A stretch of 64,000 nucleotides of DNA from positions 1-64,000 of the IMG/VR virus record IMGVR_UViG_3300031088_000737. One strand, given 5' to 3'. This stretch comes from a virus. The first letter of the stretch is position 1; each line of letters starts with the position of its first letter. A program made the position numbers and the translations under genes. The notes beneath the pieces are model-generated. The model worked only from the letters and a program-made list of their open reading frames with translations. It was not told the origin of the DNA and ran no database searches. Positions 8,791 to 18,134 of this stretch are shown in pieces.

Positions 8791-10227
8791 ATGAAAAACA
8801 AACAAATTCCGTTTAAACGTATTCAACAAAAACTACAAAAAAGTGGTTTATTGATTGATCGTGAAAGTCCAAACGTATTAAGTGTTAAATCTACTAATGA
8901 CGTGGGATTAGAATCAAAAATATTAATGCCAGACACATTCCCTATTGAAGAGAAGGCTATTCATCAGCTTATGGATTTTGCAAAAATACAACATCCAGAC
9001 GGTGGACATGTGAAATGTTCTTGTGCCACACCAGATTTCCACACAGGAAGCACTATTCCAGTAGGCAGTGTGGTAGTGACCAGTCATGACATGGTGATTC
9101 CACAAGCTATCGGCACCGACATCAATTGTGGTATGAGATTGCATAAACTTGACTTAACCTATGACAAGTTCATGGCAAATAAAGAACAATGGGTAAAGAA
9201 ACTCAAAGGCGATTTGTTAGAAGGAACAAGAAATATTCCAGTAACACCTTATGCCATGAAAGCATTGTTTGATAATGGTGTGGGTGATTTCTTTGAGACG
9301 ATGAGAAACAGTAAGCAAGAAGGTATATTTCAGAAAATAGATTATCAACAAATTGAAAAAGAAATCTACAAATTACATTCATCGTCTTTTGAGAAAGGCA
9401 ATTCAAGCTTTGCACCAGAAGCTTTGCAAAACATGAGTAGAGATCTTATCAGAGATCCTTCAATGGGAACATTAGGTGGTGGGAATCATTTTTGTGAGTT
9501 GCAAGTAGTGACTGAAATCACGGATAGACAGAAAGCATATGAGTATGGTATCAAAGTGGGTCAACTGGTGGTGATGATTCACACAGGTTCCCGTGATGTA
9601 GGTTTCTATGTAGGCACTCGTTGGGCAGATAAAGCTAAACAGAAATGGCCGACAGGTCATAAACACCCAGACAGTAAGATATTCCCTATCTATGGTGAAG
9701 GTGTTGATGATTACATGGCTGCAATGCATAGTGCTTCCCATTATGCGACATTGAACAGAGCTTTGATTGCAGAACTCGTAAGACAACGCACTATGGAAGT
9801 ATTCGGTAATATAGATTGTTCTCTACTGGTAGATGTGCCACACAACATTGTATTAAAAGAAGCAGTGGGTAATGTTCACAGAAAAGGTGCAACACCCGCT
9901 CATGCAGGACAAGATCTTTTAATTCCGGGTAGTATGGGACATGATAGCTATATGTTAAGTGGACTAGGTAATGAAAGCTGGATTAATTCTGCAAGTCACG
10001 GTGCTGGGAGAAGTATTTCTAGAAATGAGATTTCCTATAAAGCTAAAAAAGACAAAAGCATTCTGGGATTAGATCGTGTTGAATGTATTACATTGAAAGA
10101 AGAACGATTGATTGAAGAAGCACCGGGAGCTTATAAAGAGATTGGCCCAGTGATTCAATCACAAGTGGATGAAAAGACTGTTTCAGTAATTGCTAAATTT
10201 AGTCCTATCTTAACATTTAAAGCATAA
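8791..10227 (+). CDS. rtcB: RtcB RNA 3'-phosphate/5'-OH ligase
   Basis: PDFH, GTDINCG, GTLGGGNHFCE, IHTGSR, HRKGAT, IPGSMG, SASHGAGR, EEAPGAYK. Confidence 0.95.
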   Translation: MKNKQIPFKRIQQKLQKSGLLIDRESPNVLSVKSTNDVGLESKILMPDTFPIEEKAIHQLMDFAKIQHPDGGHVKCSCATPDFHTGSTIPVGSVVVTSHDMVIPQAIGTDINCGMRLHKLDLTYDKFMANKEQWVKKLKGDLLEGTRNIPVTPYAMKALFDNGVGDFFETMRNSKQEGIFQKIDYQQIEKEIYKLHSSSFEKGNSSFAPEALQNMSRDLIRDPSMGTLGGGNHFCELQVVTEITDRQKAYEYGIKVGQLVVMIHTGSRDVGFYVGTRWADKAKQKWPTGHKHPDSKIFPIYGEGVDDYMAAMHSASHYATLNRALIAELVRQRTMEVFGNIDCSLLVDVPHNIVLKEAVGNVHRKGATPAHAGQDLLIPGSMGHDSYMLSGLGNESWINSASHGAGRSISRNEISYKAKKDKSILGLDRVECITLKEERLIEEAPGAYKEIGPVIQSQVDEKTVSVIAKFSPILTFKA

Positions 10228-10266
10228 AAAATACCTTTAATGGTCTTTTTTTGTTTGATTTAGATA

Positions 10267-10968
10267 TCAAGTATGACACATGTCTAATATTTGAATGTAT
10301 TGTTTAATATTAACTGCAGGCTCATTTAATAAATCAAGCATTAATGTATTACCAGTAATTTCTTTAAATTCTATGGGATTATTTTCCATGTAATATGTTA
10401 ATTTTAGTTTGTTAATAAGGTATTCTTGGTCAATGTTTACATCAAATCGAAAGCATTTGTCGCTGTCTAAAATAGATGTTTCATAGCCTTCAAAATGGTT
10501 TAACTCAACCAAGACTGAAGTAGCTCTCACTATTTTATGATTTAATTTTTCTAATGATATTAATCGGTTCTCTTTGGCACTTGTGTGCATGATGATTTCC
10601 CATTTTTCTTCTATATTAGTATCATTTAGGTTTATTTCTCTGGAATATCGAGTAACTATACTGTTGAAAACTCTATTTTGATCAAGTTTGATTCCAAATT
10701 TTAATGACATGACATCAGTGTAGTTATTATAGTTGATTTCGCAGCTACCTACTCTGGTATTTAGAACATCAATAAACGCTATTGGAAGTCGTTTTAAACT
10801 GTAAAAATCACTGGTATAATTCATCCAAAATGATTTGTCTAAAAATTTATCATCCCATCTTATGTCAATCTTTACATCAGTTTTGTTAATATTTAAGATT
10901 TCTATGCAGTCAGTAGCAAAATAAAGGATGTCTTCTTTTGTAAACACTTCTTTTTTTTGAATATTCAT
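10267..10968 (-). CDS. hypothetical protein with C-terminal M-x-x-Phi tag
   Basis: ends YIQILDMCHT. Confidence 0.75.
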   Translation of the reverse strand: MNIQKKEVFTKEDILYFATDCIEILNINKTDVKIDIRWDDKFLDKSFWMNYTSDFYSLKRLPIAFIDVLNTRVGSCEINYNNYTDVMSLKFGIKLDQNRVFNSIVTRYSREINLNDTNIEEKWEIIMHTSAKENRLISLEKLNHKIVRATSVLVELNHFEGYETSILDSDKCFRFDVNIDQEYLINKLKLTYYMENNPIEFKEITGNTLMLDLLNEPAVNIKQYIQILDMCHT

Positions 10969-10970
10969 TG

Positions 10971-11612
10971 TTAAATCTCACACATGTTGATCACATCAAG
11001 ATTAGATTGATAATTAGGACTGTTTAAAGCTTCAATAAAATCAGTTGTCCCAAATAAGTCAATAAAGAAATCTTGTTGTGTAAAGGCTATATAACTTAAC
11101 TCTAAACGATTAAAGTATAACGCTTGATTAGCTTCATGTTCTTTACGTTGCAATCGTGCATTAAGATTTGTTATTTTAAGCTCTTCTCCATAATTTAACA
11201 CATCAATATCATAAGCATGAACGCAACCTTCGTCTTGAACAATTTTATAGCTAATATTTAAATCAGCAGAGTTTTCTATTGTGTGATAAGTCCATTCTTC
11301 ATACATCGGGGACAAATCTTTCGATGATTTCGATCTCATTGTATAAGTATGTGGTATTCTTAAATAACCTACACCGCTTTTTAATACAAGTGTAGTGATG
11401 TAGTTTTTTATTTTATTCCCGTTTTTTGTAATTTGGATTCTGCCCACAGTTTTATCATCACATTTAATATGAAAAATACCCGATGATTGTCTACCAATGA
11501 TAATGTGACCAGATTTAATCATTTTAGTCGCCTTGTTGGCATATTCAAATAAAGAAACAGCTTTCTGTTTTGAAAGGACGTTCCCAGTATTTTTAAACTC
11601 AATTGTAATCAT
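10971..11612 (-). CDS. hypothetical protein with C-terminal M-x-x-Phi tag
   Basis: ends NLDVINMCEI; co-oriented with neighbours at 2- and 17-bp gaps. Confidence 0.75.
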   Translation of the reverse strand: MITIEFKNTGNVLSKQKAVSLFEYANKATKMIKSGHIIIGRQSSGIFHIKCDDKTVGRIQITKNGNKIKNYITTLVLKSGVGYLRIPHTYTMRSKSSKDLSPMYEEWTYHTIENSADLNISYKIVQDEGCVHAYDIDVLNYGEELKITNLNARLQRKEHEANQALYFNRLELSYIAFTQQDFFIDLFGTTDFIEALNSPNYQSNLDVINMCEI

Positions 11613-11629
11613 TCTTAGTCTCCAAATGC

Positions 11630-12286
11630 TTAATATTTCAAAGCTTCTAAAATAGTCAATCGTTTTTCAATTTCATCACTCGTTAATGGTTTCAGCATTG
11701 GGCCTTCGACATCATCAAACATTTCACTGAATGATTCTGGCTGTTTAAACTGGTGATAGCTGTATCGAGCCAACAAGTTTTCTTCTTCTATGGATAAAAG
11801 TTGTTGACCTGTTTTTTCAATAACTTTGTGGCTTTCTTGAGTGTAACCATAATACATGTAGGTGATTTTTTCTAAATTGTTAGATTTATCTAAATATCCC
11901 ACAATTTGGATGCAGTAAGCATAAGGTTCACGTTCATTTCTTTTATCTTGAACAACAGTGAATTGAGATTTAAGATCTAACTTATCATCCATATACCAGT
12001 GAACAATTTTGTTAATTTTTGGGAATAACAAAAAATTTCCATGAATATCATCAGCCGAGAGTTGTACTTCAGTTTCATACCCTGATTCAGTGGTTTCTGA
12101 TTTACAATGATTGTTGACGGTCACTCGACCTTGAGACTTACCATTGATTCTGTAATAACTCGTTTCATGGTTCTTTTCAGTAAAGGAAATTTGATCACGA
12201 GTCACTGTCACATTGATGGCTTTTTGAAGAGCGATAATAGTGTCTAATAGTTTATCCAAAGGAATGTCATCTAGCTCGGTAATCAT
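11630..12286 (-). CDS. hypothetical protein with variant C-terminal tag
   Basis: ends RLTILEALKY (Ala in place of Met). Confidence 0.75.
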   Translation of the reverse strand: MITELDDIPLDKLLDTIIALQKAINVTVTRDQISFTEKNHETSYYRINGKSQGRVTVNNHCKSETTESGYETEVQLSADDIHGNFLLFPKINKIVHWYMDDKLDLKSQFTVVQDKRNEREPYAYCIQIVGYLDKSNNLEKITYMYYGYTQESHKVIEKTGQQLLSIEEENLLARYSYHQFKQPESFSEMFDDVEGPMLKPLTSDEIEKRLTILEALKY

Positions 12287-12345
12287 TATTAAATCCTTAA
12301 ATTAAGGTCGTATTATACACAATAATACTCATCTTATCAAGATAT

Positions 12346-12738
12346 TTAAGGTTTAAATTTTGTGTGAGGTTTTACTTCTAATTTAAGTTCTGGTTTGAGT
12401 TCTGAAACTTCTGCTACTATTATTTCATTGAGGCCAAACCATTTGAAGGCGACAATACGATGACGACCCTCCATGATGAAGTTGTTAGGATCATCTTTAC
12501 CTACATAGATAGGTTGAGGCATTTCGCCATTGTTGAGTTTATCTAATATTTTTTGTGTGCGTTTTTTTTCGAGAGGAAACTCTTTATAGGAGTCTTCCAT
12601 TTCATTGATTTGCTTTTCAAACAAACTGATACTGATTTTCTTTATTTTTACGTCAACGTGGCTCACACTTTCAACATTCAGCCAAAGTGCTATGGATTCT
12701 AAGTCTTTTTCAAATAGTGCTTTGTCTAGAAATTCCAT
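12346..12738 (-). CDS. ParB/sulfiredoxin-like N-terminal domain protein
   Basis: PQPIYV...FIMEGRHRIVA (ParBc GxHR motif); basic tail HTKFKP. Confidence 0.7.
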   Translation of the reverse strand: MEFLDKALFEKDLESIALWLNVESVSHVDVKIKKISISLFEKQINEMEDSYKEFPLEKKRTQKILDKLNNGEMPQPIYVGKDDPNNFIMEGRHRIVAFKWFGLNEIIVAEVSELKPELKLEVKPHTKFKP

Positions 12739-12880
12739 AATGCCTCCATTTTAACCTCATATTATCATGAAATATTAAAGTATTCAATTGCCAATGTAAA
12801 AGATAATTATTTGCATTTTTATTTTGAGGTTGATCTATTTAAAATATTCGCTATATTGAAGAAAACAATTAATTTAAACC

Positions 12881-13096
12881 ATGATTTCATTTATTAAAAA
12901 GCACGCAGACTGGATTATTATTGCATTCCATAGTTTTGTATTATTCTCAGCCATGTTGGTTTCAATCACCGATATGGATATTTCAGGATGGGTTTTTGTA
13001 TTCTTTGCTCTTTACGTTGTTTGGGTCATTTATGATAAAGTAAAAAATACAAAAACATTTAAGCGTTATCTAAAAAGATTAAATATCAAGAAATAA
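12881..13096 (+). CDS. small two-helix membrane protein
   Basis: two hydrophobic segments and a Lys/Arg-rich C-terminus. Confidence 0.6.
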   Translation: MISFIKKHADWIIIAFHSFVLFSAMLVSITDMDISGWVFVFFALYVVWVIYDKVKNTKTFKRYLKRLNIKK

Positions 13097-13109
13097 CCAG
13101 ACTATGCCA

Positions 13110-13487
13110 TTAGTCTGGAAATTGGCTCATGTATTTTTTATATTCAGTTTGAACTTCTGTTTCAAATTCTTCATGCAAGAAACGAGTTGGAAATCCATCT
13201 TCATAAAGGTATACGTCATCCTCTCCACCTCTTTCTTTAACGACCTTAATGTCTATTAAATTGTTGTATTCTCTTGGATTAAAGAATCCAAAGAACTCTC
13301 TGTCTCCATTGCTTAGCGTGATATAATTGACTTCGTATCCAATCACACTACCAATATAGGCGGCAATATAGTTAATTCTTGACTCAATTAAAGGTAACAG
13401 ATCCAAATATTCTTTTAAAGTAATGGATTCATTAAAAATTTTATCTATGCTTTCTTTTGGAATAGGTTTTACTGGTTTACGTTTCAT
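13110..13487 (-). CDS. hypothetical protein
   Basis: AGGAG SD; 125 aa. Confidence 0.7.
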   Translation of the reverse strand: MKRKPVKPIPKESIDKIFNESITLKEYLDLLPLIESRINYIAAYIGSVIGYEVNYITLSNGDREFFGFFNPREYNNLIDIKVVKERGGEDDVYLYEDGFPTRFLHEEFETEVQTEYKKYMSQFPD

Positions 13488-13594
13488 TATTTATCTCCTT
13501 AATCTTGCAAAATTATATAACATCATACAAAAAAGTCAATTTTGTATTATTGATTTATCTCATTCTTCTGGTATTATTTTGTTAACAGAGGATT

Positions 13595-14407
13595 ATGGCT
13601 ATGTTTTTTGATGAAGAACAAATTAAAAATTTAGATTTTGGTACTTTTCCAAGTGGAGTAGATTTTTATTCAAAAGGGTATAAACTACTGTTCAAAAAAC
13701 CAGCCCCATCGACAGCAAGAATAACTGTAGGATATATTGACTATCCTTTTGATAGTACAGAATTCATTTTTAAAGAACTATGGTCAACTGAAGAGTTATT
13801 TCGAGTTCCGGTTTTAAAAAACAACTTTAATATTTATTATGAAAAGCATGATTATATTAAAACCATGACATTGGCATTTCCTGATATAGATAAAATTTGT
13901 TCAATCATGAATTTCCATTTTGAACAATTACTTCATTTTAAAGTGATAAATCCTAACAGAATGAAAACATTCAAGACACAAGATGATATTATGAAATATT
14001 GTAACACGTTTAATTTTCCTGTTGTTAACTCATTTACATGGGAAAAACATAAAGGGGCTGAAATCACTATTAACAATGCAAGCAATATGTGTTTATACCC
14101 GACTGTCAACAATAAATTTATGATTGCGTTATCTCTTCGATTACCCATTAAGAAAAATACAATGTTAAAACTCTTCGTATTACCTCAAGAAAATGGTAGT
14201 TATCTCTATGGGATGAGAGACATTACATCATTGAGAAAAAATCAATTATTTGTGTTAAATGATATGACTGAGTTGTTTAAATACATGAAAAGCGTTATTT
14301 TCGAAAATACACACTATACTAAAAAAATAAGAGATGTTTTGGGCACCTTTACAATTGACGACTACAATGAAGATAACTTGAAGGTTTATGAGATGTCAAA
14401 GTATTAA
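13595..14407 (+). CDS. hypothetical protein with C-terminal M-x-x-Phi tag
   Basis: ends NLKVYEMSKY; AGAGG SD. Confidence 0.75.
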   Translation: MAMFFDEEQIKNLDFGTFPSGVDFYSKGYKLLFKKPAPSTARITVGYIDYPFDSTEFIFKELWSTEELFRVPVLKNNFNIYYEKHDYIKTMTLAFPDIDKICSIMNFHFEQLLHFKVINPNRMKTFKTQDDIMKYCNTFNFPVVNSFTWEKHKGAEITINNASNMCLYPTVNNKFMIALSLRLPIKKNTMLKLFVLPQENGSYLYGMRDITSLRKNQLFVLNDMTELFKYMKSVIFENTHYTKKIRDVLGTFTIDDYNEDNLKVYEMSKY

Positions 14408-14467
14408 AGTATTGATAAATTTTTCATGAAATGATATACTACTGCAAATTCAGAAAGGTATCTAAAC

Positions 14468-14980
14468 ATGAGTCTAACCAATCGAAACCCAGCTACTTAT
14501 CAAAAATACGATGAAGTCATCAATTGCGTGCTTAAATCGCTTGCTCTCGTTCGGACGGGTGGTAAGTTTACACCTATTTCTTATCGAGACTTTGACGCTA
14601 AACATTCACTTAAATCTATGCACCTTCGGGTGATGCGAGTTGATTCTATTCCAACAGGAACGATGGCAATGGAATCAATGGTGATGGAGATCCTTTCTTT
14701 CAAAGATGATGTTGTTAAAAATTCAAAATACTTTTCAATTAAATTTAACCAAATTACCAACACCGTTGGTTTTAAAATGAATAAAGAATATGACCGCAAT
14801 TTTGATCAGTGTGGTTTTGTTTATCAAAATGATGATATGGAAGAAATCAAAAAGCATATTGATAAAGTCATGTACAATTTAGTGATAAAAGAAAAACTTT
14901 TTTCTTTGACTGGCGAACATGTTGATTTTGATGAAGTTACTGACCGTCATTATACATTATTGAATATGATTTTCATCTAA
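14468..14980 (+). CDS. hypothetical protein with C-terminal M-x-x-Phi tag
   Basis: ends HYTLLNMIFI. Confidence 0.75.
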   Translation: MSLTNRNPATYQKYDEVINCVLKSLALVRTGGKFTPISYRDFDAKHSLKSMHLRVMRVDSIPTGTMAMESMVMEILSFKDDVVKNSKYFSIKFNQITNTVGFKMNKEYDRNFDQCGFVYQNDDMEEIKKHIDKVMYNLVIKEKLFSLTGEHVDFDEVTDRHYTLLNMIFI

Positions 14981-15048
14981 TTTCAATTTTGTGGTCTTGA
15001 AAAGCTATCATAATCTTCTAAGATGAATGAACCAACAATTTGAAGATT

Positions 15049-15183
15049 ATGAACAAAATAATTATGATACTTTTACTAGCAGTTACTACACTAATAGCAA
15101 GCTGCACGAATGAAGACTGGAACAGAATAGATAGAAAAACAAAAAATATGAAACTTGAAGTTCCACTTTATGAACAACGATAA
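15049..15183 (+). CDS. 44-aa predicted lipoprotein (not in the ORF track)
   Basis: MNKIIMILLLAVTTLIAS-C: basic n-region, hydrophobic h-region, lipobox-like LIASC; mature CTNEDWNRIDRKTKNMKLEVPLYEQR. Confidence 0.6.
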   Translation: MNKIIMILLLAVTTLIASCTNEDWNRIDRKTKNMKLEVPLYEQR

Positions 15184-15264
15184 GATAAAATTGTTTTGAA
15201 CATCAATTTTATTGACATTTTTAAGGATAAAGATTAGTATTCAACAACTTTCAGGAGAGGTGAA

Positions 15265-15546
15265 ATGAATTACATAGAAAGAACAAAGCAACTGGCAAGT
15301 CGGTTAGAGCAAAACAATATTAAGATTAATGGTATTCAAAGTGATTATATCCTCTCGGATAAAGCAAAAAAAGCAATTGGTGAAATTTTAGAAGTAGGTA
15401 ACATTTATGTTCAAGTCTTGTACGATGTGGTCAGCACCGTGCGTAATGATGAGGATTTAACAGTAGAAGATAAAGAAAAAATTAAATTGATTAACGAACA
15501 TTACAAATCAACTAAAACTATTTTAGAATCTTATGAATTTGATTAA
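15265..15546 (+). CDS. hypothetical protein
   Basis: GGAGAGG SD and TTGACA promoter upstream. Confidence 0.7.
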   Translation: MNYIERTKQLASRLEQNNIKINGIQSDYILSDKAKKAIGEILEVGNIYVQVLYDVVSTVRNDEDLTVEDKEKIKLINEHYKSTKTILESYEFD

Positions 15547-15617
15547 GTTTATTTAATTAACTTTTTGACGTATTATTATAATGTGCTAAAATAACATTAT
15601 AAACTTATGAAATTGAG

Positions 15618-16085
15618 ATGGAATATACTAATAAAAGTGAAATGCATCAATTTGATTCAAGTATTGAAGATCGTAGTAAAATTGATTTGATTAACCATTT
15701 AAGACAGCTTAGCACATCCAGTATAGAAGAAATTCAGCCAGAAGTGATAAAACCAAAACCAAAATCAGATCTCGCCAAACAAATGGAAGGTTTGAGTTTT
15801 GAAGAACAAAAAGAGATGTTAAACAAAATGTCTGCAAGCCGTTCAACAACCAGAATTAATGAATACGTGGGTAAACGCTATTCATTGGAACAAATTAAAG
15901 CATTAGATGTGAGTGTGAGCGAATCTATTAAGTTACTGATTAATGAAGCCGCTGTTGCCCCAAGAATGGATATGAAAAGTGTTTCAGTAATGGTCGATGA
16001 TTTTCATCGTTCTAGAAAAAATGAAAGCTCAAACGATCAAGTTATTATTGATAAACCTACTCATAGAAAACTTGCAAGAGTTTAA
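15618..16085 (+). CDS. hypothetical protein, basic C-tail
   Basis: ends KPTHRKLARV; terminator at 16105-16129. Confidence 0.7.
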   Translation: MEYTNKSEMHQFDSSIEDRSKIDLINHLRQLSTSSIEEIQPEVIKPKPKSDLAKQMEGLSFEEQKEMLNKMSASRSTTRINEYVGKRYSLEQIKALDVSVSESIKLLINEAAVAPRMDMKSVSVMVDDFHRSRKNESSNDQVIIDKPTHRKLARV

Positions 16086-16104
16086 ATAATCATTACGAAT
16101 AATT

Positions 16105-16129
16105 AAGACCTTTGAAAAGGTCTTTTTTT
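16105..16129 (+). terminator. intrinsic terminator
   Basis: AAGACCTT-TGAA-AAGGTCTT-TTTTT. Confidence 0.75.
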
Positions 16130-16194
16130 GTGGTTGATTAATCTTAATAATCAATTATAATAACGCAATATTATGTTATACTTAAAGGATTGTT

Positions 16195-17424
16195 ATGTTA
16201 TTTAAACTCTTCAAGCCAAAAATAAAAGATGAATCTATCTTTGAAAAAATAATCAAGACTCCTGCTCATGTACAGGATATTCTCTTGGATAAGTATTTTA
16301 TTCAAGGAAGTGAACAGCCTACTGGTGATTTTGAGGTTATGTCTAATCTTGAAGAGATGTATCACACATTGATGAGTATTGATAAACCTTGTGTGGGGAT
16401 ATATCTCAATCCTTTCAGTGGAAAATATGTCTTATTAGAATTGAATCCTTTAAAAAAATCAGATAAAGATTCTTCCTATATGATAACTAATGATAAGACA
16501 ATTCTAAAACAAGAATACTTTGGCTCCTTTAAAGTGGTTATAAAAAAATCAAATGTACAGGATGGTAATTTTAAAAATGAGTTTAACAATTTCAAGTCCA
16601 TATTGTATCATGAACTCGCTCATGCTCACTTTATCAACATTTTAACCGTTTTTAGTCATGAACATGAAATCAATGCTGACATTTCTGGTGTTATATACAG
16701 CATTAAACATGAAAATTTAAACCTAGCAGAGACTCATTCATTGATTGATGACACTTTGATAATGAGGTTGAAAACAGCTAATTTTTCTCATTATAGCCGA
16801 AATGTCTGTCATAGAGGACGAGCACACGGCACGGAAGCGGCTCTAATTTTATTTCGTTCAATGGATGATGAGATATTAAATTCCTTAAAAACAATTGAAT
16901 ACACCGATATTGTTCGCTATGTAACTGTATGGCTTCAATCTGTCACTGGTTTGTTGGTTAATCCATATCAAGTTGATTTTAATAATAAACAGTTACTTTC
17001 ATTTATGTTCTATAACAATTATAAAATGCCACTTATGAAGCTAGATAGTGAAACTACTGGATATATTCGTAGTGCTCATGTAAAAAGTCGGCATGCGGTT
17101 AAAAGAATGTTTAAACAAAGGTTTAATCTTCCACCTGCCACTGTAGAAGAACTTGGCATTATGAAAGAATTCTGTCATTTCAATGCATTACATCGTCTAG
17201 ATATTTTTAATGATATCATGATTAATTATAGATTATTCAATGACTTTAACCATACCGTTAATCACTTATTCAATAAAGATGACTATAAATATATGTTTCT
17301 GGATAGCCTTGAAGCAATGAGATCACATCAAGAGACTAGAACCAACCATGTTGTTAATATTCGTTTTGGTTATAATAAAAAAGAATTAAATAACTATATT
17401 AAAAATAACCATTGTAAAATTTAA
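16195..17424 (+). CDS. putative zinc metallopeptidase-like protein (HExxH)
   Basis: ILYHELAHAHF followed by HEINAD, zincin-like spacing of a third-ligand Glu. Confidence 0.55.
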   Translation: MLFKLFKPKIKDESIFEKIIKTPAHVQDILLDKYFIQGSEQPTGDFEVMSNLEEMYHTLMSIDKPCVGIYLNPFSGKYVLLELNPLKKSDKDSSYMITNDKTILKQEYFGSFKVVIKKSNVQDGNFKNEFNNFKSILYHELAHAHFINILTVFSHEHEINADISGVIYSIKHENLNLAETHSLIDDTLIMRLKTANFSHYSRNVCHRGRAHGTEAALILFRSMDDEILNSLKTIEYTDIVRYVTVWLQSVTGLLVNPYQVDFNNKQLLSFMFYNNYKMPLMKLDSETTGYIRSAHVKSRHAVKRMFKQRFNLPPATVEELGIMKEFCHFNALHRLDIFNDIMINYRLFNDFNHTVNHLFNKDDYKYMFLDSLEAMRSHQETRTNHVVNIRFGYNKKELNNYIKNNHCKI

Positions 17425-17470
17425 AATAAATGGTTCAATTAAAGAAATCGAATAGACTGAGGAATTTGAC

Positions 17471-18043
17471 ATGAATAAATCAATTATAGTAATGAAACAT
17501 GATGCATACAGCAACTTGAATGACTTCTTGTTAGGATTGGAAGCGGCTATTGTAGCAGGTAAAGATTCTTACTATACTGTTATTGTGTCCGGTGACGTTG
17601 ATCCCTTCATCAATCCTGTTTTCTATCGTGATGGATATACCACAATGGTTAAAATGACCGAAGTGGCTAAAAATTTAAAAACACGATTATCCATTCACAT
17701 CAATACGCGAATGCCATCCACTATCCGTGGTAAACAAATTCGGGATATCTTTCATATCTATCCTGCAGGTATCAATTACTACATCACCAATCATGATTTT
17801 GAACAAGACAGTCAGTTATTGCCTGTTGAAGAAGCGGTTAAGAAATTAGAAACATGGGACAGTAAAAATCCAATGAAAACTCAAATTGTTTTTGATATTG
17901 ATGAACATATTCATAATGTGAGACGTAAGCATGTCATTAACGCAACACATAACACTTACATATCAGTCAGTCAAGAAGATGTGGCTCATTTCAGAAAGAC
18001 AACCAGTAACGTAGACAAAATTAAAAGATTGTTGCAAGCTTAA
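17471..18043 (+). CDS. hypothetical protein
   Basis: GAGG SD; 190 aa. Confidence 0.7.
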   Translation: MNKSIIVMKHDAYSNLNDFLLGLEAAIVAGKDSYYTVIVSGDVDPFINPVFYRDGYTTMVKMTEVAKNLKTRLSIHINTRMPSTIRGKQIRDIFHIYPAGINYYITNHDFEQDSQLLPVEEAVKKLETWDSKNPMKTQIVFDIDEHIHNVRRKHVINATHNTYISVSQEDVAHFRKTTSNVDKIKRLLQA

Positions 18044-18134
18044 TTATTTTCAACAATTGTATGATATTTTGCACCCAGTCAATTTAAAAAAACTGTATTC
18101 TATGTTATAATAATAAAAAATATACAATATACTT

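Noticed and set aside
12881-13096. Holin call for the small two-TM protein
   Set aside because: No endolysin or spanin nearby; topology alone is insufficient.
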